From Candidatus Sungiibacteriota bacterium (GTDB lineage: Bacteria; Patescibacteriota; Minisyncoccia; Sungbacterales; HO2-52-23): 64,000 nucleotides of DNA. Positions 10,199 to 20,601 of the stretch are shown here, piece after piece. The translations under genes were made by a program, and so were the position numbers. Every line of letters starts with the position of its first letter. Position 1 is the first letter of the stretch. The notes beneath the pieces are model-generated. The model saw only the letters and a program-made list of their open reading frames with translations, did not search any database and was not told the origin of the DNA. The stretch covers positions 462,823 through 526,822 of the forward strand of contig CP066690.1 of NCBI GenBank assembly GCA_016432465.1, given 5' to 3'.

Positions 10199-12693
10199 TT
10201 TATAGCCGCAAAAAAACGTTAATAATAGTTCTCGGGGCCGCAGTGCTTATGCTTGGTTGGGTTTTGGTTTCAACCCACATTGCCGCTGCCGGTCCAACGC
10301 CAACAGGCCCGGTTGCTGTTTCTCCTCTTCAAAACGCCCTTGTCGGAACTTTGGGAAATCTCGGAAACGCTGCTTCCGCGGCCATTGCCATACTTGTGGG
10401 ACTGGCGCTTTTACAGTCGTTTTTGGCGGTTATCCTTGGTTATGTTGGCGTCCTTCTTAATAATCTTTTTTACTACAATACCATCCTGAACCCCTCCAAC
10501 ATTACAGTGGTTCAGGAGGGCTGGGCTATTGCCCGCGATGTGGCTAATGGCCTGTTTATCCTGATTTTGCTTTGGATTGCCTTTACCATTATTTTCAACG
10601 TTGAAAATCTTGGGGGTAAAAAACTAATAGTCCGGGTAATTTTAATTGCGCTTCTTATAAATTTTAGTCTGGCTATGGTATCGGCGGTTTTTGCTTTTTC
10701 CAACGTTCTGGCGCGCCCATTTCAAAACATCATCAAGGACCACGATGTGGCCGGCCTTATTATCGCACGCTCCAAACTCCACACCATTGTATCGCAGGTA
10801 AGAGACGAGGGTGTTATTCATGATTTTGAAAAAGAGGCGCTGAAGCGCGACCTTGAGGAACAAGCTAAAAGGTCCCAAGAATCCGGGGCCGGAGAACTGG
10901 GCGGAGAAATAAGCCGGAGGGCGGGTCAAAATTCGCTTCTGGCGTATCTCGGAGCGCCCAAAACCGCAGAAGCAGCTATAGACTTGAGAATGCTGGCGAT
11001 CTGCGGCCTAGGCGCCTTATCCGGCGTAGGAACGCCGGGCGGAGTGGTTTGTCTTGGTGCCACTATTGCCGGCGCCTTACTGGCTTCGCTGGGAGGCTGG
11101 TTCGTGGCCGGCTCCCTGATCCAAACCGGCTGGAACGCTGTTTTAAATCTTGCGGTCTCAAATATTTTCCTTATTTTAGCCACCTTTGCGATGGCAACAG
11201 CCGCTATTGTGCTTTTGGCTCGTATTATTGCCATGGTGTTTCTGGCCACACTTGCGCCCATTGCCCTGATGCTGCATATGATTCCCGGGGGTTTTGCCCA
11301 AAAACTCTGGAATGACTGGCTAAGCAGTGTTATAAAGTGGGCTTTTTATGCGCCGGCGTTTTACTTTCTTTTTTTCATGTCTTTGCGGGTGTTGGGGGAG
11401 CTGTCTAAAGGAACGCAATTTTTCGACGAGCCGGTCCCATTCCAAGGAAACGTATTTGCGGTCATGGCCCTGCTTGTCTTTCTTGGTTTTCTCTATGCAT
11501 CCATAATTGTGGCGCGCAAAATGGGTATAACGGTGGCCGACAGCTTTATTGGCTGGGGTAAAAAAATGGGGGCAGGCGCGCTTGGTTTGGCCGGCGGGGT
11601 TGTGGGCGGAGCAATCAGCCGCACGGGTTCTGCCCTGTTTAGAACCGTTGCTCCTGCCGGAGGAAGAATACAGCAGACGCTGCAGAAATCTGCCGGCGTA
11701 CCGTGGCTGCGGACGCTGGGCGGAGTTGCCGCCGGCGCTTATCTGGGGAGGATGACCGCGGAGAAAAAGGGCGTTGAGGACGCCTCCTCAAAATTGGCCT
11801 CGTACAGCAAAGAGGAGAAAGTCGCGGCCCTGCGCCGCGCCGTTACCGCCAAAGATACCGTGGCTGCGGCCCGGGCTCTTGGAAAAGATATCAACGACCC
11901 AACTATTTCTGAAGATCAAAAAAACCGCGCTCTGCGTCTGGCAACTCAATATGGAATGCAGATGGACCTTTTGAAGTTTATGCCGGAGAAAGCCACAAAG
12001 GACCTTGTCCCCGGGGCCAGTAGCGAGACGGACGCAATTGATAAGGTTGTATCCCGTATAAAACCAGATGAGTTGCCTAACATTTCTGAAAAATCACTGG
12101 AGAAAGAACCCGTCCAAATAGCTCTTCGCAAATATCTTACGCCAGAACACCTAAAACAGGTTGCCCGCAGTCCGCGCCCGGAACTGCTGACAAACATAAT
12201 TAGTGCCCTCAACGGCACAGGTTTAAGAAGAGAAACTTACAATTTCCTTGAAAGCGGTGGCGGCCGGGCAATCGGACTATACCTTCCCCCCAAGGCGCGC
12301 ATGGCCGCAGCCGGTGAAGAAGAAGAAAGAATAACAAAAGCCGGAGAAATTCTGGAACGCACCAAAAAGGGTCTTCAACAGACAAGGCGGGAAAAGCTAG
12401 GGATGGAGGGAAACATAGAGGCTCTGGAAAACACCGTAAGCGCGCTGCTTTCCGGGCTTGCGGCGTTACCCGAAGAAGAAAGGGGGGATGTGAAAAAAGA
12501 AATAGGACGTCTTAGGAATATTGAAATCGTTAAACTTAGAAATCATCTTGATGTTTTGAACAAGCGCATCAGGGCGCTGGAAACAGAACATAAAGAGGCG
12601 GAGGATGTGTTGGGCGGACCCAGGACAAGACCGACGGACGCTGCTGTTCCGCCGCCCGTCGGGATGCCGGAAGAAGAGGAAGAAGAAAGATAA
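10195..12693 (+). CDS. VirB6/TrbL-like polytopic membrane protein
   Basis: GWAIARDVAN, ALLINFS, LLARIIAMVFLATLAPIA, multiple TMs, helical cytoplasmic tail; lies upstream of PrgI and VirB4. Confidence 0.75.
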   Translation: MIYSRKKTLIIVLGAAVLMLGWVLVSTHIAAAGPTPTGPVAVSPLQNALVGTLGNLGNAASAAIAILVGLALLQSFLAVILGYVGVLLNNLFYYNTILNPSNITVVQEGWAIARDVANGLFILILLWIAFTIIFNVENLGGKKLIVRVILIALLINFSLAMVSAVFAFSNVLARPFQNIIKDHDVAGLIIARSKLHTIVSQVRDEGVIHDFEKEALKRDLEEQAKRSQESGAGELGGEISRRAGQNSLLAYLGAPKTAEAAIDLRMLAICGLGALSGVGTPGGVVCLGATIAGALLASLGGWFVAGSLIQTGWNAVLNLAVSNIFLILATFAMATAAIVLLARIIAMVFLATLAPIALMLHMIPGGFAQKLWNDWLSSVIKWAFYAPAFYFLFFMSLRVLGELSKGTQFFDEPVPFQGNVFAVMALLVFLGFLYASIIVARKMGITVADSFIGWGKKMGAGALGLAGGVVGGAISRTGSALFRTVAPAGGRIQQTLQKSAGVPWLRTLGGVAAGAYLGRMTAEKKGVEDASSKLASYSKEEKVAALRRAVTAKDTVAAARALGKDINDPTISEDQKNRALRLATQYGMQMDLLKFMPEKATKDLVPGASSETDAIDKVVSRIKPDELPNISEKSLEKEPVQIALRKYLTPEHLKQVARSPRPELLTNIISALNGTGLRRETYNFLESGGGRAIGLYLPPKARMAAAGEEEERITKAGEILERTKKGLQQTRREKLGMEGNIEALENTVSALLSGLAALPEEERGDVKKEIGRLRNIEIVKLRNHLDVLNKRIRALETEHKEAEDVLGGPRTRPTDAAVPPPVGMPEEEEEER

Positions 12694-12697
12694 AACC

Positions 12698-13399
12698 ATG
12701 CCTGCTTATACCCAAAAAGAACTAATAGAGCGTTTCCAAAAACTTCCGGCTATTCTGCAGGATGCGCTATTTAGCGGCGATCTTACCGGCAAGATTTTTG
12801 AGACTGGGAAAAAATTTGGTTTAACCATTGAAAAAATAGGATTTTTGGCAGAAGAGGTTGGTTACGTGATACTGGGTCTTACCCGACCAGGCGAATTTGC
12901 AGCCAAACTGGCTGACCGCCTTGGGGTTGATCTGAACTCTGCCAAAACTATTGCCCTTGATATAAATCACAAAGTTTTTTCCCAGCTGCGTGAAGCGCTA
13001 AAGTCGGCACACGAAACAGAAATCACCGCGGAAGAAATACAAAGGGCAGAACCGCTGGTGCGGGTTGCCCCAACCGCGCCTCCTCCGGCTCCAGCCGCGC
13101 CGACCTCAATTCCATCAGCCGCTCCGCGGCCAGCAACCCCAAAAGAAGTAGTTCCTCCCCAGCCGCAACCAAAACCCCAGCCGCTGCAGCCAGCCGCAAA
13201 AGAAGAGCCTGTTCGGATCCCGCAAACACCACAACCTCCACAATCCAAAATTCCGCCCATTGACCTCCGGCGGGAACAAAGACCAGCGATGCAACCGCCA
13301 ACAGCAACCCCCCAACCAGAGTCAAAACCGCCAGCTCCCGTTCCGGAAAAGAAAACACCACATTCGGGTTTTGACCCGTACAGAGAACCCATAGAATAA
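12698..13399 (+). CDS. Hypothetical protein with Pro-rich linker and DPYREPIE C-terminus
   Basis: ATG at 12698 just after the previous stop; helical N-domain, low-complexity P/Q/A tail. Confidence 0.8.
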   Translation: MPAYTQKELIERFQKLPAILQDALFSGDLTGKIFETGKKFGLTIEKIGFLAEEVGYVILGLTRPGEFAAKLADRLGVDLNSAKTIALDINHKVFSQLREALKSAHETEITAEEIQRAEPLVRVAPTAPPPAPAAPTSIPSAAPRPATPKEVVPPQPQPKPQPLQPAAKEEPVRIPQTPQPPQSKIPPIDLRREQRPAMQPPTATPQPESKPPAPVPEKKTPHSGFDPYREPIE

Positions 13400-13428
13400 C
13401 CATGATTTTTTAAAGACTTGGTACCATT

Positions 13429-13854
13429 ATGCGCCAATTTCAGGTTCCACAATTTATTACTGTAGAGGATCGCGTTATCGGTCCCCTAACAATTAGACAG
13501 GCCCTTTACGTAGGCGCCGGGGTTCTTCTGGTTTTAGGCGCGCGCACCCTGCTTGAACCCTTTCTTTTTGTGCCCACGGCCATACTTATCGGGGTTCTGA
13601 CCGCTTCTCTTGCTTTTCTTAAAATAGGCGAGAGGCCGTTTCCGCTGATTTTGAAAAACGCGGTTTTTTACCTGCTCCGTCCCAGATTGTACATCTGGAA
13701 AAAGAGCGTGGTCGAGAAAAAACCAGCAGGGGTCGCAGCCCCCAAGTCGGAAGTTCTGGTAAAAAGCATCCCCAAGCTTTCCCAGTCCAAACTTTCTGAC
13801 CTTGCCTGGAGCTTAGACATTAAAGAAAAAGCCAACCCACCACCTTCGTCGTAG
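13429..13854 (+). CDS. PrgI family (VirB3-like) protein
   Basis: QFQVPQFITVEDRVIGPLTIRQ, two TMs, PRLYIW. Confidence 0.85.
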   Translation: MRQFQVPQFITVEDRVIGPLTIRQALYVGAGVLLVLGARTLLEPFLFVPTAILIGVLTASLAFLKIGERPFPLILKNAVFYLLRPRLYIWKKSVVEKKPAGVAAPKSEVLVKSIPKLSQSKLSDLAWSLDIKEKANPPPSS

Positions 13855-13910
13855 GACTTCCTGCGTGGCGGCGGGGCATAATTTAGTAATAAAAGTGGTA
13901 AAATAACAAG

Positions 13911-14552
13911 ATGCCAACAGCAACTTCGGCTCAAGAATTTTTAGCCATTGATACTGTACGGGAGGATGCCGTTGTCTTAAAGGACGGGGGACTGCGCGTT
14001 GTTTTGATGTGCTCTTCCTTAAATTTCGCTTTAAAATCTTCCGAGGAACAGGATGCGGTCATCTTTCAGTACCAAAACTTTTTAAATTCGCTTGATTTTT
14101 CGCTGCAATTTGTAATTCACTCCCGTAAGTTAAACATAGAGCCGTATCTGGAGTCGCTAAAAGAGCGCCAAAAAGAAGAAGACAGCGACCTGCTAAAAAT
14201 TCAAATATACGAATACCAGGAGTTTATAAAAACCTTTGTTTCCATGACCAACATTATGTCAAAAACTTTTTACGTGGTTGTTCCCTTCACGCCGAGCGCT
14301 CTTGAAAGGGGGGGGTTTTGGAGAGACTGGCTGGAAACGCTGGGCCTTTCCCCACAAAAAAAACAAAACTCCACCGGTCTTTTTGAGGAACATAAAAATC
14401 AGCTTTGGCAGAGAGTGGACACAGCCGTTTCCGGCTTACACAGCTTTGGAATCAGGGCAGTGCCCCTCAACACCGAGGAGTTAATAGAGCTTTTCTACGG
14501 ACTTTATAACCCCACGGAGTTTGAAAAAACCATTGCCCCCGGCGAGGGTTAA
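13911..14552 (+). CDS. VirB4/TraC N-terminal-like protein
   Basis: SLNFALKSSEEQ...FLNSLDFSLQ...FYVVVP...ELFYGLYNP, between PrgI and VirB4. Confidence 0.7.
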   Translation: MPTATSAQEFLAIDTVREDAVVLKDGGLRVVLMCSSLNFALKSSEEQDAVIFQYQNFLNSLDFSLQFVIHSRKLNIEPYLESLKERQKEEDSDLLKIQIYEYQEFIKTFVSMTNIMSKTFYVVVPFTPSALERGGFWRDWLETLGLSPQKKQNSTGLFEEHKNQLWQRVDTAVSGLHSFGIRAVPLNTEELIELFYGLYNPTEFEKTIAPGEG

Positions 14553-14572
14553 ATTCTGTGGGATAAAAAACT

Positions 14573-16381
14573 ATGGCCTTGTTTGGAAAAAAAGAAAAAA
14601 AACCAGAAGAAGAAATCTTTGCGGTATTCCCGGAAGAAATATATCGGGCTGGGGAGCTGGCGTTAAAAGACGTCCTTGCGCCCTCGGCTCTGGAGGTAAA
14701 ACCAACCTACGTCAGGCTGGGCGCTAAACTTGCGCACATGGTTTTTGTCTTCTCTTATCCGCGCTATCTCCACACCAACTGGTTTAGTCCCATAATCAAC
14801 CTGGATAAACTCTTTGATATATCCATGTACGTGCACCCGGTTGATACCGCCTCCATACTAAAAACGCTGCGCAGAAAAGTAGCTCAGGTGCAGTCGCAAA
14901 TTTCCATGCGTGAAGAAAAAGGACTGGTGCGCGATCCCATACTGGACACGGCCTACAGAGACCTGGAAGAGCTGCGTGACAAACTGCAACAGGCAACTGA
15001 AAAATTGTTCAATTTCGGTCTATACCTCACGATCTACGGCTTTTCGGAAGACGAAATAAATAAAACCGAGAGCGAAATAAAGTCGGTATTGGAAGCGCGC
15101 TTGGTCTACACCAAACCGGCCCTCTTCCAACAAAAAGAGGCGTTTCAGTCGGTTCTGCCGCTAAATACCGATAAACTAAACATTAACACCTACCTTAACT
15201 CCTCGCCTGTGTCCTCAACTTTTCCGTTTGTTTCCTTTGACCTTACCTCCAACAGAGGAATTCTCTACGGCATAAATCGCCACAACAACAGCTTGGTTCT
15301 TTTTGACCGCTTCTCCCTGCCCAACTACAACTCTGTTATCTTTGGGACGGCCGGTGGGGGGAAAAGCTACCTTTCCAAGCTTGAGATTCTGCGCTCGCTC
15401 ATGTGGGGAGTGGACGTAATTGTCATAGACCCGGAGCGGGAGTACGAATACTTATCGCAAGCCGTAGGCGGATCTTACGTAAACATTTCGTTGACTTCCA
15501 AAAACCACATAAACCCCTTTGACCTGCCTATTCCGCGCGAGGACGAATCTCCGGCCGACGTTCTTCGCTCCAACACCGTAAACCTGATCGGTCTTTTCCG
15601 CCTGATGTTGGGGGGACTGACGCCGGAAGAAGACGCTATTTTGGATCAGGCCATTACCGAAACCTATGCCTCGCGCGACATAACTCCAGAATCGGATTTC
15701 TCCAAGATTACCGCGCCTACGCTATCGGACTTGGAACTTGTATTGGCTTCAACCGCCGGCGGGGAGTCACTGGCCATGCGCCTCAAAAAATATACCTCCG
15801 GCACTTGGGCCGGCTTCGTTAACCAGCCAACCAATATTGAGATGAAAAACCGCCTGGTTGTTTTTTCGGTGCGCGACATGGAGGACGAACTGCGACCGGT
15901 AGGTATCTTTCTCATCCTCCGTTATATCTGGAACGTTGTTCGCACTACCCTTAAAAAAAGGCTCCTTGTGGTGGACGAGGCGTGGTGGCTTATGAAAAAC
16001 GAGGACGGCGCGTCGTTTCTTTTTGGAATTGCCAAGCGCTCCCGGAAATATTTTCTGGGCCTTTCCACCATTACGCAGGACGTGGGTGATTTTTTAAACT
16101 CCCCTTACGGAAAACCAATAATAACCAATTCCTCCCTACAAACATTGCTAAAACAATCTCCGGCCACAATTGATCTTGTGGTTAGCACCTTTAACCTAAC
16201 GGAGGAAGAAAAATTTCTGCTGTTGGAGTCGGAGCGGGGCGAGGGTATTTTCTTCGCAGGACTAAAACATATCGCCATAAAAGTCATTGCCTCCTACACC
16301 GAAGACCAAATCATAACCTCTGATCCGGCTCAGCTTCTTTTGATTAAAAAGGCTAAGGCCGAATACGCCGGGGGAGAATAG
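14573..16381 (+). CDS. VirB4-like type IV secretion ATPase
   Basis: Walker A GTAGGGKS, IVIDPEREY, INPFD, Walker B LLVVDEAW, RKY...ITQ. Confidence 0.9.
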   Translation: MALFGKKEKKPEEEIFAVFPEEIYRAGELALKDVLAPSALEVKPTYVRLGAKLAHMVFVFSYPRYLHTNWFSPIINLDKLFDISMYVHPVDTASILKTLRRKVAQVQSQISMREEKGLVRDPILDTAYRDLEELRDKLQQATEKLFNFGLYLTIYGFSEDEINKTESEIKSVLEARLVYTKPALFQQKEAFQSVLPLNTDKLNINTYLNSSPVSSTFPFVSFDLTSNRGILYGINRHNNSLVLFDRFSLPNYNSVIFGTAGGGKSYLSKLEILRSLMWGVDVIVIDPEREYEYLSQAVGGSYVNISLTSKNHINPFDLPIPREDESPADVLRSNTVNLIGLFRLMLGGLTPEEDAILDQAITETYASRDITPESDFSKITAPTLSDLELVLASTAGGESLAMRLKKYTSGTWAGFVNQPTNIEMKNRLVVFSVRDMEDELRPVGIFLILRYIWNVVRTTLKKRLLVVDEAWWLMKNEDGASFLFGIAKRSRKYFLGLSTITQDVGDFLNSPYGKPIITNSSLQTLLKQSPATIDLVVSTFNLTEEEKFLLLESERGEGIFFAGLKHIAIKVIASYTEDQIITSDPAQLLLIKKAKAEYAGGE

Positions 16382-16414
16382 GAATAATTCCTGGTAAAAA
16401 GTTATAATTAATTT

Positions 16415-17404
16415 ATGACGCGTTTAACCCTACCAGTCGTGGCCCTGATTATTTGGGGCGTCTCTGCCTCGCTGTTTTCCTATGCACAGGTGTCAAATCT
16501 TTTCTCGGTTTCGTTGGTTACCAACCCGTCTTCACCGTCGCCCGGGGATACGATTAAGATTTTTGCGGCCACGCCAACACTGGATAAAAATTCAGCGGTA
16601 TTTTCTTGGTATATAGACGGCAGTCCCAAGCCCGACCTTTCCGGGCCCGGAAAAGATTCCATAAATATCACCGCCGGAAACGCTGGTTCGGCTATACGCA
16701 TACGGGTAGTTGTTGACAGCGCTGCGGACGGAAGCGCCGAGGTTTCCATGACCATACGTGTTTCGGATCTCGCCTTAACTTGGTTTGCGCAAACCCGTAT
16801 TCCGGCATGGTACAGAGGCAAAGCGCTTCCCGTCCCCGGATCCATTGTTAATATCGTGGCCATTCCGCAGATTACTACGCGTCTTGGTCCCATACGCCCC
16901 GAGGACCTAATTTATACTTGGGGTTTAAATGACGACATAAAAGTTCTTTCTGGGGTTGGGGAACAGGTGTTTCGTATTAAAACTTCTGACCTTCCCAACA
17001 CTTCGCACCACATAAAACTTGTGGTTGAAGATATTAATAAAGAGGTGCATAGAGAGGGAGAACTTTTTATAGTCCCCACCAACCCGCGGGTTGTTATTTA
17101 TAAAACCTCGCCCTTGGGCGGCGTGGAGACGCGTTCTGCCTCGACTTTTTTGGAAGCCCCCCAACAGGGCCTGATTGATTTCCAAGCAGAACCATTTTTC
17201 TTTCCGGTAACATCGCGGGGAAGCCTTAAATACCGCTGGGAAGTCGCCGGAACAGAGGTAGCGGGCGATCCGGGAAATCCTTTTATTCTGACCCTTGATA
17301 CCGCCCAACAACTGCTTAAGCAACTCGCCATATCGGTTTGGGTGGATGACGACGATGCCCTTCTACCTTCTGCCTCGGGGTCTGTAACCCTAAACTTTCC
17401 ATGA
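16415..17404 (+). CDS. Secreted protein with tandem Ig-like beta domains
   Basis: Signal peptide; three repeats with FSW/YTW/YRW beta-sandwich signatures. Confidence 0.7.
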   Translation: MTRLTLPVVALIIWGVSASLFSYAQVSNLFSVSLVTNPSSPSPGDTIKIFAATPTLDKNSAVFSWYIDGSPKPDLSGPGKDSINITAGNAGSAIRIRVVVDSAADGSAEVSMTIRVSDLALTWFAQTRIPAWYRGKALPVPGSIVNIVAIPQITTRLGPIRPEDLIYTWGLNDDIKVLSGVGEQVFRIKTSDLPNTSHHIKLVVEDINKEVHREGELFIVPTNPRVVIYKTSPLGGVETRSASTFLEAPQQGLIDFQAEPFFFPVTSRGSLKYRWEVAGTEVAGDPGNPFILTLDTAQQLLKQLAISVWVDDDDALLPSASGSVTLNFP

Positions 17405-18144
17405 AGACACTTTTTTACCTAGGCCTAACGCTTCTTGTTTTGAGCCAATTCATTTATGGGGGGTTTGTGTATGCCCAAAACGGCTGCCGTAGCGAACTTA
17501 ACGGACACTGCGTTGAGGCTGCTGCGGTGGTTCAGGCCCAAATACGCGGCCTTGAGTTTTTAGATATTCCTCAAGACGCAGATATCGGAAACGTACTTTC
17601 CCGAATATATGTTTTTGGGCTGGGGCTGGTGGGCTTGGCCGCTCTTATTATGTTTATTTTAGGGGGGGTGTTGTATCTTACGGCTGGGGACTCGCAAAGT
17701 CAGGTGGGAAAAGCAAAAAGTTATATGGGCAATGCCGTTTGGGGACTGGTTTTAGCTCTGCTTTCCTGGCTTATACTTTTTACTATTAATCCTAACTTGG
17801 TAAAAAAGATTAATCTTAAGTTAAGGCCCATTAGTCTTACGGACGAGGAATTGCGCAATATACCCAAACCCGCAAACTTTATCGGCTCGGATAAGGACTG
17901 GGATTTTATAAAGGGTGGTGGGGTCAACGCCGCAACGGGCGTTAAGTGCGCAGATGGAAGGTCGGCCGTTGGCGGCGCTGTGGCCCGCAAAAAACTTAAC
18001 TGCGAATATGTCAGAATAAAAATACGGGGCGACCCGTCCCTGAAGTCTAGGGGCATAGGCATTGGGGATAACGCCGCGCCTGTTCCCTACGAAACGTGGA
18101 AGGAACAGTGCAACCGTGATGTTTGCATGGATATTGATAAATAA
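17401..18144 (+). CDS. TrbC/VirB2-like pilin with Cys-rich extensions
   Basis: GVLYLTAGD...KAKSYMGNAVWGLVLALLSWLILFTINP two-TM pilin pattern. Confidence 0.75.
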   Translation: MKTLFYLGLTLLVLSQFIYGGFVYAQNGCRSELNGHCVEAAAVVQAQIRGLEFLDIPQDADIGNVLSRIYVFGLGLVGLAALIMFILGGVLYLTAGDSQSQVGKAKSYMGNAVWGLVLALLSWLILFTINPNLVKKINLKLRPISLTDEELRNIPKPANFIGSDKDWDFIKGGGVNAATGVKCADGRSAVGGAVARKKLNCEYVRIKIRGDPSLKSRGIGIGDNAAPVPYETWKEQCNRDVCMDIDK

Positions 18145-18147
18145 AAC

Positions 18148-19332
18148 ATGGAGGACGATATCAAAGCTAAAAAAAGGAAAATTTATATAGTAATCGGGGC
18201 GGCCGCTGCTGCAGTCTTGGGTGTTTTTATTTACCGGGCGCTTGCTCCCGGTCAAATAACTGTTCCCCGGCCGCCGGTTCGCGTAACTGGCCGCGCGTCC
18301 GGATTCCCGGCAAAAACTCTGGAAGAAATAAGTACACTGAAAGAACTAAAACCCGGCGAAGAGCTGTCTGTGGGACCGGAGCAAAAACTTATAAAACTCA
18401 CCGACTTTTCGGTCATATCCACCGCGCTTAACAAAGAAGAAAATAAAATTCTCTTTTACAAGAAAGACGGCGGGGATCTTTTTGCCTCGGATTTTACCGG
18501 CAGAAGCTTAGAAAAAATTTCTAATATTACGGTGGTGGGTATGGTTGGGGCCGTTTGGTCTCCGTCCAAAGACCGGGCAGCCGTAATTTATCTGGACGGA
18601 GAAACCCTGCGCGGCTTTCTGCATATAGGGACCTCGTCTGTTGCGGTGCTTCCCCAAAACATTCAGGGTTTTAGCTGGTCACCGGACGGAAAGGCTATTG
18701 CCTATATTCTGCCGCTGGATGGAAAACTTTCTCTGACTTTGGCGGACGCTTCCGGAAAAAAACAAAAAGTCATTGCCGGTCTTCCGCCGCTTGATGCCTC
18801 TATCCGTTGGGTTGCAAAAGACACGATTGCCCTTGAAACCGCTGCTTCTGGTCTGGCTGAAGGCTATCTTCTTTCTTTTACTCCCTCATCGGGGCTGTTC
18901 AAAAAGATATTGGGGCCCAATTTTGGTCTTACCACCAGTTGGTCTTCGGACGGATCCCGCCTGCTTGCGTCTTACCTTGATTCTGCTGGAGGAATAGTAG
19001 GTGTTGGGGTGTACGCTCCTTCCGGAGAACTCATTGCCTCAACAGGCCTGATTACCCTGCCAGAAAAATGTTTCCTGGTGCCGTCCAATGAACTTTTCTG
19101 TGCCGTGCCCAGAGACATCCCATCCAATAGTGTTTGGCCGGACGAATACCTGAGGGGCGAACTCAACACAGCGGATCGGATCTTATCTTTTGACCTCAAA
19201 ACCGGGGCAACGCGCGAAATATTTGACAGTATAAGTTTTGACGTGTCAGAACTTTTAGTGACTAAAAACAAGGAGGCTTTGTTTTTTATAAACAGGCTGG
19301 ATGGAACACTCTGGGCACTGAAACTAAGGTAA
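18148..19332 (+). CDS. Membrane-anchored TolB-like beta-propeller protein
   Basis: N-terminal TM; WSPSKD, WSPDGK, WSSDGS repeats. Confidence 0.8.
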   Translation: MEDDIKAKKRKIYIVIGAAAAAVLGVFIYRALAPGQITVPRPPVRVTGRASGFPAKTLEEISTLKELKPGEELSVGPEQKLIKLTDFSVISTALNKEENKILFYKKDGGDLFASDFTGRSLEKISNITVVGMVGAVWSPSKDRAAVIYLDGETLRGFLHIGTSSVAVLPQNIQGFSWSPDGKAIAYILPLDGKLSLTLADASGKKQKVIAGLPPLDASIRWVAKDTIALETAASGLAEGYLLSFTPSSGLFKKILGPNFGLTTSWSSDGSRLLASYLDSAGGIVGVGVYAPSGELIASTGLITLPEKCFLVPSNELFCAVPRDIPSNSVWPDEYLRGELNTADRILSFDLKTGATREIFDSISFDVSELLVTKNKEALFFINRLDGTLWALKLR

Positions 19333-19374
19333 CGACCGGAGTGGGGTTTACGGTTGACTTAGACTCATTAATAT

Positions 19375-19408
19375 CAACCAAAATCCGCCCTAGGGCGGAT
19401 TTTGGTTG
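19375..19408. terminator. Perfect 34-bp palindrome, bidirectional terminator
   Basis: CAACCAAAATCCGCCCTAGGGCGGATTTTGGTTG between convergent operons. Confidence 0.7.
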
Positions 19409-19444
19409 GTGTTGTGGCTCGCTATTTTTGTCTGCTATATCCCC

Positions 19445-19900
19445 TTACGGGTAGGGTTTTATAATAACCCTTCTTGCTGGTTCCTGTCCTATGGACTCTG
19501 TTGTTATGTCCGGGTACTCGGCGAGGAGCAGGTGAACAATACGGCGCTCAAAAGACGACATGGGGTGAAGCGGCACTTCCCGATGATATAAACGCACCTC
19601 TCGGGCCGCATTTTTTACATCCTGTTTCAGGTCTTCTAGTTTTTTAATGCGATAATCGTTGATGTCTAGGGTAAATTTTTGTTCCTCGCCGTATTTTTTT
19701 CTTATGATTTTCTTCAGCAGATGGTCAATGGCCACCAAGTTCACGCCGCGCTCTCCAATCAGCATGCTGGAATCCTGCCGTACCCTGATGCTAAAACGGC
19801 TCGTCGTTCCCTGATGAGCCTCAATATCTTCTATGTCTTCCTCAAATCCCATATGAGTAAACATGCTTCTTATCTCTTCTTTTATACGTTCTTGTTCCAT
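19445..19900 (-). CDS. jag: Jag/EloR (KH + R3H) RNA-binding protein
   Basis: LIGERG (KH), LDINDYR, MSSFERRIVH (R3H); start at MEQERI. Confidence 0.9.
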   Translation of the reverse strand: MEQERIKEEIRSMFTHMGFEEDIEDIEAHQGTTSRFSIRVRQDSSMLIGERGVNLVAIDHLLKKIIRKKYGEEQKFTLDINDYRIKKLEDLKQDVKNAAREVRLYHREVPLHPMSSFERRIVHLLLAEYPDITTESIGQEPARRVIIKPYP

Positions 19901-20601
19901 ACTCTGCGCATTATGGTTTCCTGGATAATACCAAAAGTGTTTAAAACCGTCCAGTACAGGGCCAGCGCAGAGGGAAGGCTTGAGGACCAAATAATTATAA
20001 GTGCCGGAAAAAGATAAAGCGTTTGCCACCTAAGAATTTTGGCAAAGTCTCCTTGCGCGGGCGGTTGGGGCGCGGCTTGGGCCGTTGACAGCTTGGTCTG
20101 CAAAAACTGACTTAGGGCGGCTATGACCCCAAAAAACAAATTTCCCTTGGACAAATCCACCAGACCAAAACTAACCGGGTTGAGTGCGCCCGGATTTTTT
20201 ACAAAAGAATAAAGATAAGAAAGCTGTGCCGGGTCAAAACCCTTTTGAAACACCTGAAATAACGCTATAAGAAGGGGCAGCTGAATCAAAATAATAAGAC
20301 AGCCGCCGAACGGGTTTACTTTTTTCTCGGCATAAAGTTCCATGAGGGCCTTTCCCTGCGCTCCTTTGTTGTTTTTATGCTGGTTTTGGACCTTCTCAAT
20401 CTCCGGCTGCAGCACAGCAAGATCACGCTGGGACTTCTGCATTTTTAGAAATAGCGGTGACAGTATCAAACGAATCACAAGGGTTAAAACGATAATAGCC
20501 AGCCCAAGATCCTGCCAGGGGAGGGTGGTGTAAAACCAAACAAGGCCGTTGAAAAGCGGCCTCCAGAGAACCTCGGTATAAAGATAGGTGATGGAGTTCA
20601 T
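19882..20601 (-). CDS. yidC: Membrane protein insertase YidC
   Basis: LGLAIIVLT..IRL, VNPFGGCL..LIQLP, ALALYW. Confidence 0.95.
   Translation of the reverse strand: MNSITYLYTEVLWRPLFNGLVWFYTTLPWQDLGLAIIVLTLVIRLILSPLFLKMQKSQRDLAVLQPEIEKVQNQHKNNKGAQGKALMELYAEKKVNPFGGCLIILIQLPLLIALFQVFQKGFDPAQLSYLYSFVKNPGALNPVSFGLVDLSKGNLFFGVIAALSQFLQTKLSTAQAAPQPPAQGDFAKILRWQTLYLFPALIIIWSSSLPSALALYWTVLNTFGIIQETIMRRVWNKNV

Noticed and set aside
12967-13452. Gly-rich antisense ORFs
   Set aside because: Shadows of the Pro-rich + strand coding region.
14557-14566. DnaA box before virB4
   Set aside because: TGTGGGATAA has an extra G and does not match the 9-mer.
7438-19332. Integrative conjugative element
   Set aside because: No relaxase, coupling protein, integrase or att repeats; the operon is embedded in core genes with host-like signals.
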